From Candidatus Nomurabacteria bacterium (GTDB lineage Bacteria; Patescibacteriota; Minisyncoccia; Phycocordibacterales; UBA918), in NCBI GenBank assembly GCA_023898525.1, contig CP060227.1:11244-75243 (forward strand): a DNA stretch of 64,000 nt. Direction: 5' to 3'. A program made the translations under genes and the position numbers. Below the pieces are notes generated by a model, which saw only the letters and a list, made by a program, of their open reading frames with translations, had not been told where the DNA came from and made no database searches. This document shows, piece after piece, positions 39,561 to 47,540 of this stretch. The stretch's first letter is position 1; every line of letters starts with the position of its first letter.

Positions 39561-41202
39561 AAAATACATATATCTTGCGACTGTACTTTCTTTAGTATTA
39601 CTGTTTAGTATTCCTAACTCTCTAAAAGCTCAAGAGTCTTTGACCCTTAGTGTTTCTCCAACTTTGTTCGATATGTCTGCCGAACCAGGACAACATTGGC
39701 AAAGTGGAATAAAGATCATAAATGTAAATAACTACGATTTAACAGTTTATGCCAATGTAGTTAATTTTGTGCCCCGTGGAGAATATGGTGAGGCCAGCTT
39801 TATACCCACTGATCCAAACGACACCAAAAAAGACAGCTTAGCAAAGTGGATATCTATAACAAATGAAGCCATTATTATTCCAAGAGAGCAAACTGTAGAA
39901 GTACCGTTTTCAGTTGATGTACCTACAGACGCTAGTCCAGGTGGCCACTATGCAGCCATCATGATTGGTACCAAACCTCCGAGGGAAGAGAACAAAGAGA
40001 CAAGAGTACAAACATCACAAATCGTTACAGCCCTTTTATTCACCAAAATTGCTGGGGACATAATTGAACTTGGAGATATTCGCGAGTTCCGTACCACCGA
40101 AACTTTTATGGACAAACCAGAGGCAACGTTTGAAGTTCGTTTTGAAAACAAGGGTAACGTTTATATTCAGCCACAAGGAGAAATAAAAATCACTAACATG
40201 TGGGGAGAGGAGAGAGGAATTATTCCAATAAACCAAAATTCTCAATACGGTAAGATCCCACACAAAACCGATAACACTAGCGGTATAAGAAAATACACTT
40301 TTAACTGGAAAGGTGAGTGGTCATTGGCTGATATCGGACGATATACTGCCACCGTTGCTCTTGGTTACGGGAGTGCTGAGAAGAAATTTGCTAATGCTAA
40401 GACCACCTTTTGGGTTATCCCATTTAAATTACTTCTTAGTTTACTTATTGGCATAGCAATCTTTGTGTACGTCTTTATTTGGCTTGTTCGACTCTATATA
40501 AGAAAAATGCTAACGATGGCTGGTCTTGATGTTCAAGAATACAACAATTTTAAAAGATCTCGATCGACTACGCAGGAGTACCCTCAAACACAGCATGATC
40601 TAAGGATTCACGCCCCGGTCAAACAAGGTATCAAAGACCTAAAAGATCAATTATCTTTAACTTCAAATACCATGGATTACATAAAAACCTTCCTGAAGTT
40701 CTGTTACAAAAACCGTCTATTTATACTAGGTGTTGCTATGGTGATAGCGCTAGTCAGTTCACTTATTTGGTACTTCAAGAGTGCTAATACTGATCACCGA
40801 GCCTACGAAGTAACTTATGTAAACTCTGATGAGAATGTTAATCTAAGTTCAGAGGATATAATTTATAACGAACTTGTTTCTGACGACCCTGCAGATAGTA
40901 TTGTAATTTCTGAAGAAATTAATAAAAAGACACCCATTACCATAATTAATCGGAGTGGTGTACCGGGGATTGGGGCAGAAGCCAAAATTACCGCGGAAAA
41001 GAATAGTTTTGCAGTCAGCGAACTAAAAGCTGATTTTTCTTCATCACAAGCAAAAACTGTCATTCTTTATACCTCAGACAATCAAGAAGAAGCTTTACGT
41101 TTGAGTAAATTATTTAATAACGCACTTATTTCAATCAATGATGAATCAGAACACACTTCTGGCGACTTAATAATATATCTAGGTAGTGATATGGCAGACT
41201 AA
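39511..41202 (+). CDS. CscA-like surface protein fused, after its TM anchor, to a second TM and a C-terminal LytR_C-like domain.
   Basis: The 'LSVSPTLFDMSAEPGQ...IKIINVNNYDLTVYANV' and 'PGGHYAAIMIG' domains are followed by a TM (LLLSLLIGIAIFVYVFIWLV) and a second TM. The C-terminal region 'ITIINRSGVPGIGAE...VILYTSDNQEEALRLSKLF...DLIIYLGSD' matches the LytR_C pattern. Confidence 0.55.
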   Translation: MTTKFTTMILTLKRKTKKYIYLATVLSLVLLFSIPNSLKAQESLTLSVSPTLFDMSAEPGQHWQSGIKIINVNNYDLTVYANVVNFVPRGEYGEASFIPTDPNDTKKDSLAKWISITNEAIIIPREQTVEVPFSVDVPTDASPGGHYAAIMIGTKPPREENKETRVQTSQIVTALLFTKIAGDIIELGDIREFRTTETFMDKPEATFEVRFENKGNVYIQPQGEIKITNMWGEERGIIPINQNSQYGKIPHKTDNTSGIRKYTFNWKGEWSLADIGRYTATVALGYGSAEKKFANAKTTFWVIPFKLLLSLLIGIAIFVYVFIWLVRLYIRKMLTMAGLDVQEYNNFKRSRSTTQEYPQTQHDLRIHAPVKQGIKDLKDQLSLTSNTMDYIKTFLKFCYKNRLFILGVAMVIALVSSLIWYFKSANTDHRAYEVTYVNSDENVNLSSEDIIYNELVSDDPADSIVISEEINKKTPITIINRSGVPGIGAEAKITAEKNSFAVSELKADFSSSQAKTVILYTSDNQEEALRLSKLFNNALISINDESEHTSGDLIIYLGSDMAD

Positions 41203-41244
41203 ACAGTGTATAATTAAACAATTGCACACTTAAGATAAATAATT

Positions 41245-41736
41245 ATGTCTAAACGTTCAATTATACTATCGGTAACAACTTTCATTCTTCTGATTACTGG
41301 TATGTTTGCATTTACTTATATTCAAAAATCTAATCAAGATAAGAATGTGATTGTGACCAACAACACAGCTCCAGCAGCCGAAGACAAGGAGCTACCGTGG
41401 TACTTTGCTGATGGAGTAACAGCGAAACACTTTTACATAGATGGTACACATACCTTGGCTGGAGAAGTAACCCTACCAACACCCTGTGATTTATTAGAAA
41501 CGAAAACAGTAGTACGAGAATCATACCCAGAACAGGTTGAATTACAATTTTCGATTATTAATACAGCCGATAACTGTGCTGATGTCCTCACCACCCAAAG
41601 GTTTAAGGTTAGTGCAGTTGCTTCTAAGGATGCGGTAATATCAGCCACTTACGATGGTCTTCCTGTCAACCTAAACCTTATCCCAGCTGCGCCAGGAGAA
41701 ACACCGGAGGAATTTGAAATTTTTATCAAAGGTTAA
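41245..41736 (+). CDS. Small secreted or anchored hypothetical protein (163 aa, 2 Cys).
   Basis: There is an ORF with an N-terminal hydrophobic segment. Confidence 0.45.
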   Translation: MSKRSIILSVTTFILLITGMFAFTYIQKSNQDKNVIVTNNTAPAAEDKELPWYFADGVTAKHFYIDGTHTLAGEVTLPTPCDLLETKTVVRESYPEQVELQFSIINTADNCADVLTTQRFKVSAVASKDAVISATYDGLPVNLNLIPAAPGETPEEFEIFIKG

Positions 41737-41751
41737 TAATTAAACTAAACG

Positions 41752-42444
41752 ATGACAAACAATTACACTTACATAGCAGTTGCGATTTTTCTTGGTTTTG
41801 CCATGATTGCCGGAGCTATTTTATATAAACTTCCATCACCCTCTACAAATACCCAGCAATTAGCTAATCACAATTCTCCCACCGCTAATTTAGTTAATTT
41901 AACTAAAGACGATATTGTCCGAGCCGAAGATCGTCATTATTACGGTTCACCCGAAGCAAAGATTACAATTGTTGAGTTTTCTGATTTTGAATGTCCTTTT
42001 TGTTCGCGACTTCATCCAACTCTAAAGCGAATTGTAGATGAATCTGCTGGTGATATTGCCTGGGAATACCGACACCTACCACTACCCAATCACCCAAACT
42101 CCTTTGCTGATGCAGTGGCGAGCGAATGTGTTTCTAAACAACTCGGTAATGATGCTTTCTGGTCTTATGCTACAACACTCTTCAATAACCAGTCAGTCCA
42201 TAGTGCGGATTTTAGACTAAAAGAAGCTTTGGCCTTAGGTGTAGACGAAGTAGCTTTCGAACAATGTATTACAGACCAAAGTATATCCGAATTAGTACAG
42301 AGCGACTTAAGTGTTGCCACTAAAGCCGGAGGTTCCGGTACGCCTTACAGTTTAGTCATTGACTCAACCGGTAAAGTTACTCCTGTTTCAGGAGCTGTAC
42401 CATACGAAAGCTGGAAAAAACTACTATCGGCACTAGATAAATAG
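41752..42444 (+). CDS. DsbA-family thiol:disulfide oxidoreductase with active site CPFC.
   Basis: An N-terminal TM is followed by 'ITIVEFSDFECPFCSRLHP', a thioredoxin-fold CxxC. Confidence 0.8.
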   Translation: MTNNYTYIAVAIFLGFAMIAGAILYKLPSPSTNTQQLANHNSPTANLVNLTKDDIVRAEDRHYYGSPEAKITIVEFSDFECPFCSRLHPTLKRIVDESAGDIAWEYRHLPLPNHPNSFADAVASECVSKQLGNDAFWSYATTLFNNQSVHSADFRLKEALALGVDEVAFEQCITDQSISELVQSDLSVATKAGGSGTPYSLVIDSTGKVTPVSGAVPYESWKKLLSALDK

Positions 42445-42446
42445 CA

Positions 42447-42995
42447 ATGACTAGTAAAACCGTCTACCTGACAATAATGAGTACAGTGCTTCTGCTTGTA
42501 GCTGCCGTAACATACTATGTTGTTTACCAAAATAACCATTCAATAAATAAAGTCACGCAGGAGATTTTTGCTGAACCCACTGCACCTGAGGCCGAACCAT
42601 ACACTGACCTTGAAGGGAACAAATCTGATCTGGAACAATATCTCGGCAGAACAATGGTAGTAAACTCTTGGGCGAGCTGGTCACCATTTTCTAAGTCTGA
42701 TTTGGAAACTTTGGCGATGCTGGCAGAGAAGTATCAACAAAAAGATGTTGTTTTTTTGGCAATCAATCGAAAAGAATCAAAACAACAGGCTCAGCGCTTT
42801 TTAAACACCATACTCGGTAACACTAATGTTCAACTTGTATTAGATCCGAGAGATCACTTCTACAAATCCATTGGTGGCTATGCTATGCCCGAGACAGTGA
42901 TTTACGATTCCCGCGGTAACATGGTAACTCATATTCATGGCTCTATAAACCAAAGGGAAGTAGAAGCTGCGCTCGACACTCTCTTGGAGAATTAA
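42447..42995 (+). CDS. TlpA/ResA-like thioredoxin-fold protein with a degenerate active site (WASWSPFS in place of WxxWCxxC).
   Basis: An N-terminal TM is followed by the thioredoxin-like 'MVVNSWASWSPFSKSDL'. Both catalytic cysteines are replaced by Ser. Confidence 0.6.
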   Translation: MTSKTVYLTIMSTVLLLVAAVTYYVVYQNNHSINKVTQEIFAEPTAPEAEPYTDLEGNKSDLEQYLGRTMVVNSWASWSPFSKSDLETLAMLAEKYQQKDVVFLAINRKESKQQAQRFLNTILGNTNVQLVLDPRDHFYKSIGGYAMPETVIYDSRGNMVTHIHGSINQREVEAALDTLLEN

Positions 42996-43045
42996 CAGGC
43001 TCTATGTAGCTGAACTAGTGAAAATCTATTATTATTGCTATAGTT

Positions 43046-44116
43046 ATGACCATGTCAATCGGACGCATTGTTGAATATGTGTATTTTTTTGCACTCCTTG
43101 TCGGTGTCGGCTATTTAGCTTGGCTTGTCTTTTCTCCATTTATCTCAGCTTTAGCTCTCTCTCTTATAACAGTAGCTATTGCTTACCCTTTGCATGAATA
43201 CTTTCAAGCCAAATTTTTTAAAGAAAGAAAGGGATTGGCTGCTCTATTTTCTACCCTAGTAGTAGTAATTGTCGTTATAATACCGCTTTTATTTATCGTT
43301 TCTGTTTTTGTCCGTGAATTTACAAGCTTTTACCAAGCCTTGAGTAATGGCAACGAAGTCTCAATTGAGCACTATCTTCAAACTGTGGAGGATACTGTAC
43401 GTTTAGTTGTTCCAGAATTTGATCTGGATCTTTCCGCCCAAGTAAAAGAAAGTGCTGAATGGTTTGTAAAAAATCTGGGTAGTATTTTTGCGGGTACGAT
43501 AACCACCATCTTTATGGTGTTTATATCATTAGTAGCCTCCTTCTACTTTTTTAAAGACGGTAAAGAACTACTTAAGGTTATCGCTAAAGCCAGCCCGCTA
43601 CCGGACCGCGAAGACGCAATTATATTTTCTCGAATCGCCCAAGCTATGCGCTCGGTAGCAGTTGGAGTCGTCCTAGTTTCCATAATACAAGGTGTCGTGG
43701 CCGCTATCGGTTTTACTATTTTTGGCATAGACAGAGCTATTTTATGGGGGGCGATCGCTGCACTGTTAGCTATGTTACCTGGTATTGGTACCAGTGTGAT
43801 AATGATACCGGCTATTATTTACCTCTTTGTCACTGGATCGCTCTTTAATGCAATTGGACTACTTATATGGTCCATCATTGCAATAATTGTAATTGACAAT
43901 ATAGTCGGGCCGCAGCTTATGAGTCGTGGAAACAACCTCCATCCGCTTCTAATTTTATTGTCAGTTTTAGGTGGAATTTCCATGTTTGGGCCACTTGGAT
44001 TTATAATTGGCCCGGTTATTATAACCCTATTTATGGTATTGCTTGAGATTTATAATCAATATATAGTGGGCAACTCTACAAGCGAAAACCAGAGTCGAAA
44101 AAATCTTAAATCATGA
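43046..44116 (+). CDS. AI-2E family (PerM/UPF0118) transporter.
   Basis: It is a polytopic membrane protein of about 8 TMs, with the length and topology typical of the family. Confidence 0.6.
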   Translation: MTMSIGRIVEYVYFFALLVGVGYLAWLVFSPFISALALSLITVAIAYPLHEYFQAKFFKERKGLAALFSTLVVVIVVIIPLLFIVSVFVREFTSFYQALSNGNEVSIEHYLQTVEDTVRLVVPEFDLDLSAQVKESAEWFVKNLGSIFAGTITTIFMVFISLVASFYFFKDGKELLKVIAKASPLPDREDAIIFSRIAQAMRSVAVGVVLVSIIQGVVAAIGFTIFGIDRAILWGAIAALLAMLPGIGTSVIMIPAIIYLFVTGSLFNAIGLLIWSIIAIIVIDNIVGPQLMSRGNNLHPLLILLSVLGGISMFGPLGFIIGPVIITLFMVLLEIYNQYIVGNSTSENQSRKNLKS

Positions 44117-44535
44117 TACAGCGTAGTCAATTAGAATCAATCCTAAAAATTAATGGGGTTAACCCAAGTTCATCAGATGAAGTTATTCGTTCGGTTTTAG
44201 TTAGTGCTAGATATAACGACGACGAGATTGATACAGCCATGATGGTTCTTCGCGAAAACACTAAAGACAACACCACCAGGGTAGATGGCCTACACAAAAT
44301 TTTTCGGACTGACGATGCCCTAAGACCAAAGGAAATATCAGCCCTCTTAGGAGTTGAAGTTTCAACGGAGGATCCTGGTGAAATCCGTGCGCAACAAAGA
44401 AAACAGTTGTTTTATGTGCAGACTATTCTCGTCATAATTTTCTCTGTTATTTTGGCGGCAATAAGTGTTTTGGTGGCAATGTATATTTACAAGGTCGGAC
44501 TTTTTCACGAGACAGCTTCAGCCTTTCAATACTAA
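44113..44535 (+). CDS. Hypothetical tail-anchored protein (140 aa).
   Basis: The ORF has a C-terminal TM. Its start overlaps the previous stop (ATGA). Confidence 0.45.
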   Translation: MIQRSQLESILKINGVNPSSSDEVIRSVLVSARYNDDEIDTAMMVLRENTKDNTTRVDGLHKIFRTDDALRPKEISALLGVEVSTEDPGEIRAQQRKQLFYVQTILVIIFSVILAAISVLVAMYIYKVGLFHETASAFQY

Positions 44536-44541
44536 ATCATT

Positions 44542-45651
44542 ATGCATAGGACATTGCTATATAAGCTGACTTTTGTCTTAGCGGTCTCACTGATGTTGAC
44601 TGCAATAAATCTGTACTCAGTAATATCAATTAAATCGGGTCTGGATTTCGTACTGGGTAAAATTGATAATATTACTCTGAAAAAATCGGATTCCTCACTG
44701 GAAACCGTATATTGCGACGGGGATATTTATTTTACGGGAGACATAATGTTAGCTCGGCATGTGGAAACTTTGTCCAGCGAACATGGCTCAGACTATATGT
44801 TTGAGGGCCTTGATTTTCTAAAGGAAGCTGACTGTGTAGTTGCTAATTTTGAGGGCAGTATACCAACAGAACATGTACAAACCCCTGATTTCACCTTTAA
44901 TTTTTCGGTAGACAATACTAACATAAGTGCTTTAACTAACGCCGGGTTCACACACTTAAGTTTAGCAAATAACCACAGCTATGATTTTGGGGAGCTTGGC
45001 TACTCTAACACTCTATCTGTACTAAAAGGCGAGGGCTTTACCTCCTTTGGGCATCCAAATACCATAGCCACATCATCGGTAACCTTTATAGATACTAATA
45101 ACTCAAGAGTGGCTCTGATCGCTATAAATACTATAGGTCAGACAATTGATCACGAGGATACCAAAAACACACTTAGTTGGGCAACAACACAAAGTAGTAA
45201 GCAAATCGTTTACATTCACTGGGGTAATGAATATAAGTTAAACCAATCTGAACAACAACAGGACTTGGCTAAGGAATTGATAAGTGACGGAGCTGATCTT
45301 ATTATTGGACACCACCCTCATGTGACTCAAGGAATTGAACAAATTGACGGAGTACCTGTAATTTATTCATTAGGAAATCTTGTTTTTGACCAATACTTTA
45401 GCCAAGATGTACAGCAGGGTCTAATTGTCGCAATTGATTTTCAAAATAATCTTACCGTAAACCTCTATCCGATCACTAGCATGCAAAACATATCGCAACC
45501 ACACCTAATGTCTGAAAAACAGAAAGTGACCTTCTTAGAAAAACTCACAAAACATAGCCCACCCAACCTTAAAGACGCAATTATCTCTGGACAGATAACC
45601 CAGAGGTCAGAGCTTGCAAGTTCACGAGAAACAGTTATTATGACTCCATAA
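44542..45651 (+). CDS. CapA/PgsA-family (poly-gamma-glutamate capsule synthesis, metallophosphatase-like) protein.
   Basis: It has an N-terminal TM. The motifs 'GDIMLARHV' and 'LANNHSYDFGELG' are characteristic of PGA_cap. Confidence 0.7.
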   Translation: MHRTLLYKLTFVLAVSLMLTAINLYSVISIKSGLDFVLGKIDNITLKKSDSSLETVYCDGDIYFTGDIMLARHVETLSSEHGSDYMFEGLDFLKEADCVVANFEGSIPTEHVQTPDFTFNFSVDNTNISALTNAGFTHLSLANNHSYDFGELGYSNTLSVLKGEGFTSFGHPNTIATSSVTFIDTNNSRVALIAINTIGQTIDHEDTKNTLSWATTQSSKQIVYIHWGNEYKLNQSEQQQDLAKELISDGADLIIGHHPHVTQGIEQIDGVPVIYSLGNLVFDQYFSQDVQQGLIVAIDFQNNLTVNLYPITSMQNISQPHLMSEKQKVTFLEKLTKHSPPNLKDAIISGQITQRSELASSRETVIMTP

Positions 45652-45664
45652 TCAATAAAATATT

Positions 45665-46210
45665 ATGTTAAGCAAATTTGAGGTAGTAGGCATTGGCCTC
45701 AGTATTGTATTTATGGCACTAGCACTATATTTAGTGCGTGTAGAAAACGTTTTCTTTAAGACTGTTGGCTCTAACTCACAACCAGCTGGAGTAGCTAATT
45801 CCGGAATTGTGTTTGTAGGCGAAGGTGGCGATCAAAATCAGGAACGTGCCAATGCGCTTATCACAGCAGCTGATAATAGTAGTAATTTAAAAGATATGGT
45901 GATTGATGATATTGTAATTGGTACCGGAGAACCAGTTAAAGAGGGAGACACTGTTTCTGTTCATTATGTAGGAACACTTCAAGACGGTACTGAGTTTGAT
46001 AATTCAAAGAAACGAGGCCAACCTTTTGTTTTTACAGTGGGTGAAGGTAAGGTTATTAAAGGCTGGGAGGATGGCCTGATCGGAATGAAGGAGGGTGGTC
46101 AGAGAATTTTAGTTATTCCACCTAGTTTAGCCTATGGAGACAGACAGATTGGTCCAATTCCAGCCAATTCAACTCTGGTTTTTGCTATAGAATTATTAGA
46201 AATCAAATAA
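45665..46210 (+). CDS. FKBP-type peptidyl-prolyl cis-trans isomerase.
   Basis: The core 'GDTVSVHYVGTLQDGTEFDNS...GQPFVFTVGEGKVIKGWEDGLIGMKEGG...IPPSLAYG' is a classic FKBP domain. Confidence 0.85.
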   Translation: MLSKFEVVGIGLSIVFMALALYLVRVENVFFKTVGSNSQPAGVANSGIVFVGEGGDQNQERANALITAADNSSNLKDMVIDDIVIGTGEPVKEGDTVSVHYVGTLQDGTEFDNSKKRGQPFVFTVGEGKVIKGWEDGLIGMKEGGQRILVIPPSLAYGDRQIGPIPANSTLVFAIELLEIK

Positions 46211-46272
46211 TTCTATAAACTAATAATTATTAAGTTTTTGAAATGTCGGTGTTAACACCGACATTTGCGCTT

Positions 46273-47502
46273 ATGAAACCAATCAGTTTTACAATTGAAA
46301 ATACGAGTAAAAAATCATTAGCGCGAGCTGGTGTCATTAGTACACCCCACGGAGACATCAAAACTCCGGCCTTTGTAGTAGTTGGAACAAAAGCTACTGT
46401 CAAAGGCATTAAACCTGACGATCTCTATCCAATGGTAGGTAACCAGGTCGCTCTCGCTAATACCTACCATCTATTCTTACAACCGGGGCATGAACTAATC
46501 AAAAAGGCCGGCGGATTGCATGAGTTTGCGAATTGGCAATTACCAACCATTACGGACTCTGGTGGCTTTCAAGTTTTTTCACTGGGAGCGGCTTTTGGTA
46601 AAGGAGTTACAAAATTTGCCACCTCTGATCTCAAACCAGAAGAAACCAACGGACTAAACGTCTACAGCCAAGAACTGGCAACCGATCATGGTAAGTTATG
46701 CATTATAGATGAAGAAGGAGTTACTTTTACATCCCATATAGACGGATCAATGCATCGCTTTACAGCAGAACGATCAATTGAAATACAACATGCTATTGGT
46801 GCAGACATCATAATCGCTTTCGATGAATGTACTAGCCCGACCGCCGATTATAACTATCAAAAAGAAGCTATGGATAGAACTCATCGTTGGGCCAAAAGAA
46901 GCATTTTGGCCCATAAAAACAACTACCAAGCACTAAAAAAACAAGGTTTATACGGAGTAATACAAGGTGGCCGACATCTAGACCTGCGGGAAGAGAGTGC
47001 TAGAGTGCTAAGCGACATGGACTTTGATGGTTATGGTATTGGCGGCAGCTTTTCCAAAGCTGATTTAAATGAATCACTACAAGTAGTAAATCAAACCTTA
47101 CCAAGCAACAAGCCAAGACACCTACTAGGCATCGGAGAGCCAGAAGATATCGTTCAGGGCGTATTAAATGGCTGCGACACATTTGATTGTGTTAACCCAA
47201 CTCGAATAGCACGAACCGGTACTATCTATGTTCATACTGGTAATTACAGAACCTCAACTTGCGGAACTTTGACTTATCCAGAAATTGCAAAAATAAATCT
47301 ACGCAATCAAAAATACCAACAGGACTTATCTTTGGTCGATGAACTGAGTACCAGCCCTGTTGGACAAACCTACAGCAAAGCCTATTTATCGCACTTGTTT
47401 AAGGCTAATGAAATGTTAGGTCCACAGTTAGCCTCGATCCATAATTTGCAGGTTATTGTTAATTTTACCGATAATCTCCGAAAACAGATACTAGAGTTAT
47501 AA
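46273..47502 (+). CDS. tgt: Queuine tRNA-ribosyltransferase (tRNA-guanine transglycosylase).
   Basis: It contains 'DSGGFQVFSL' and 'LLGIGEPEDI', plus the zinc site CDTFDCVNPTR. The N-terminus aligns with Tgt from MKPISF. Confidence 0.85.
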   Translation: MKPISFTIENTSKKSLARAGVISTPHGDIKTPAFVVVGTKATVKGIKPDDLYPMVGNQVALANTYHLFLQPGHELIKKAGGLHEFANWQLPTITDSGGFQVFSLGAAFGKGVTKFATSDLKPEETNGLNVYSQELATDHGKLCIIDEEGVTFTSHIDGSMHRFTAERSIEIQHAIGADIIIAFDECTSPTADYNYQKEAMDRTHRWAKRSILAHKNNYQALKKQGLYGVIQGGRHLDLREESARVLSDMDFDGYGIGGSFSKADLNESLQVVNQTLPSNKPRHLLGIGEPEDIVQGVLNGCDTFDCVNPTRIARTGTIYVHTGNYRTSTCGTLTYPEIAKINLRNQKYQQDLSLVDELSTSPVGQTYSKAYLSHLFKANEMLGPQLASIHNLQVIVNFTDNLRKQILEL

Positions 47503-47540
47503 TTTTTGCTGAGAGCTTTTATTCACGCTATACTCAAACT

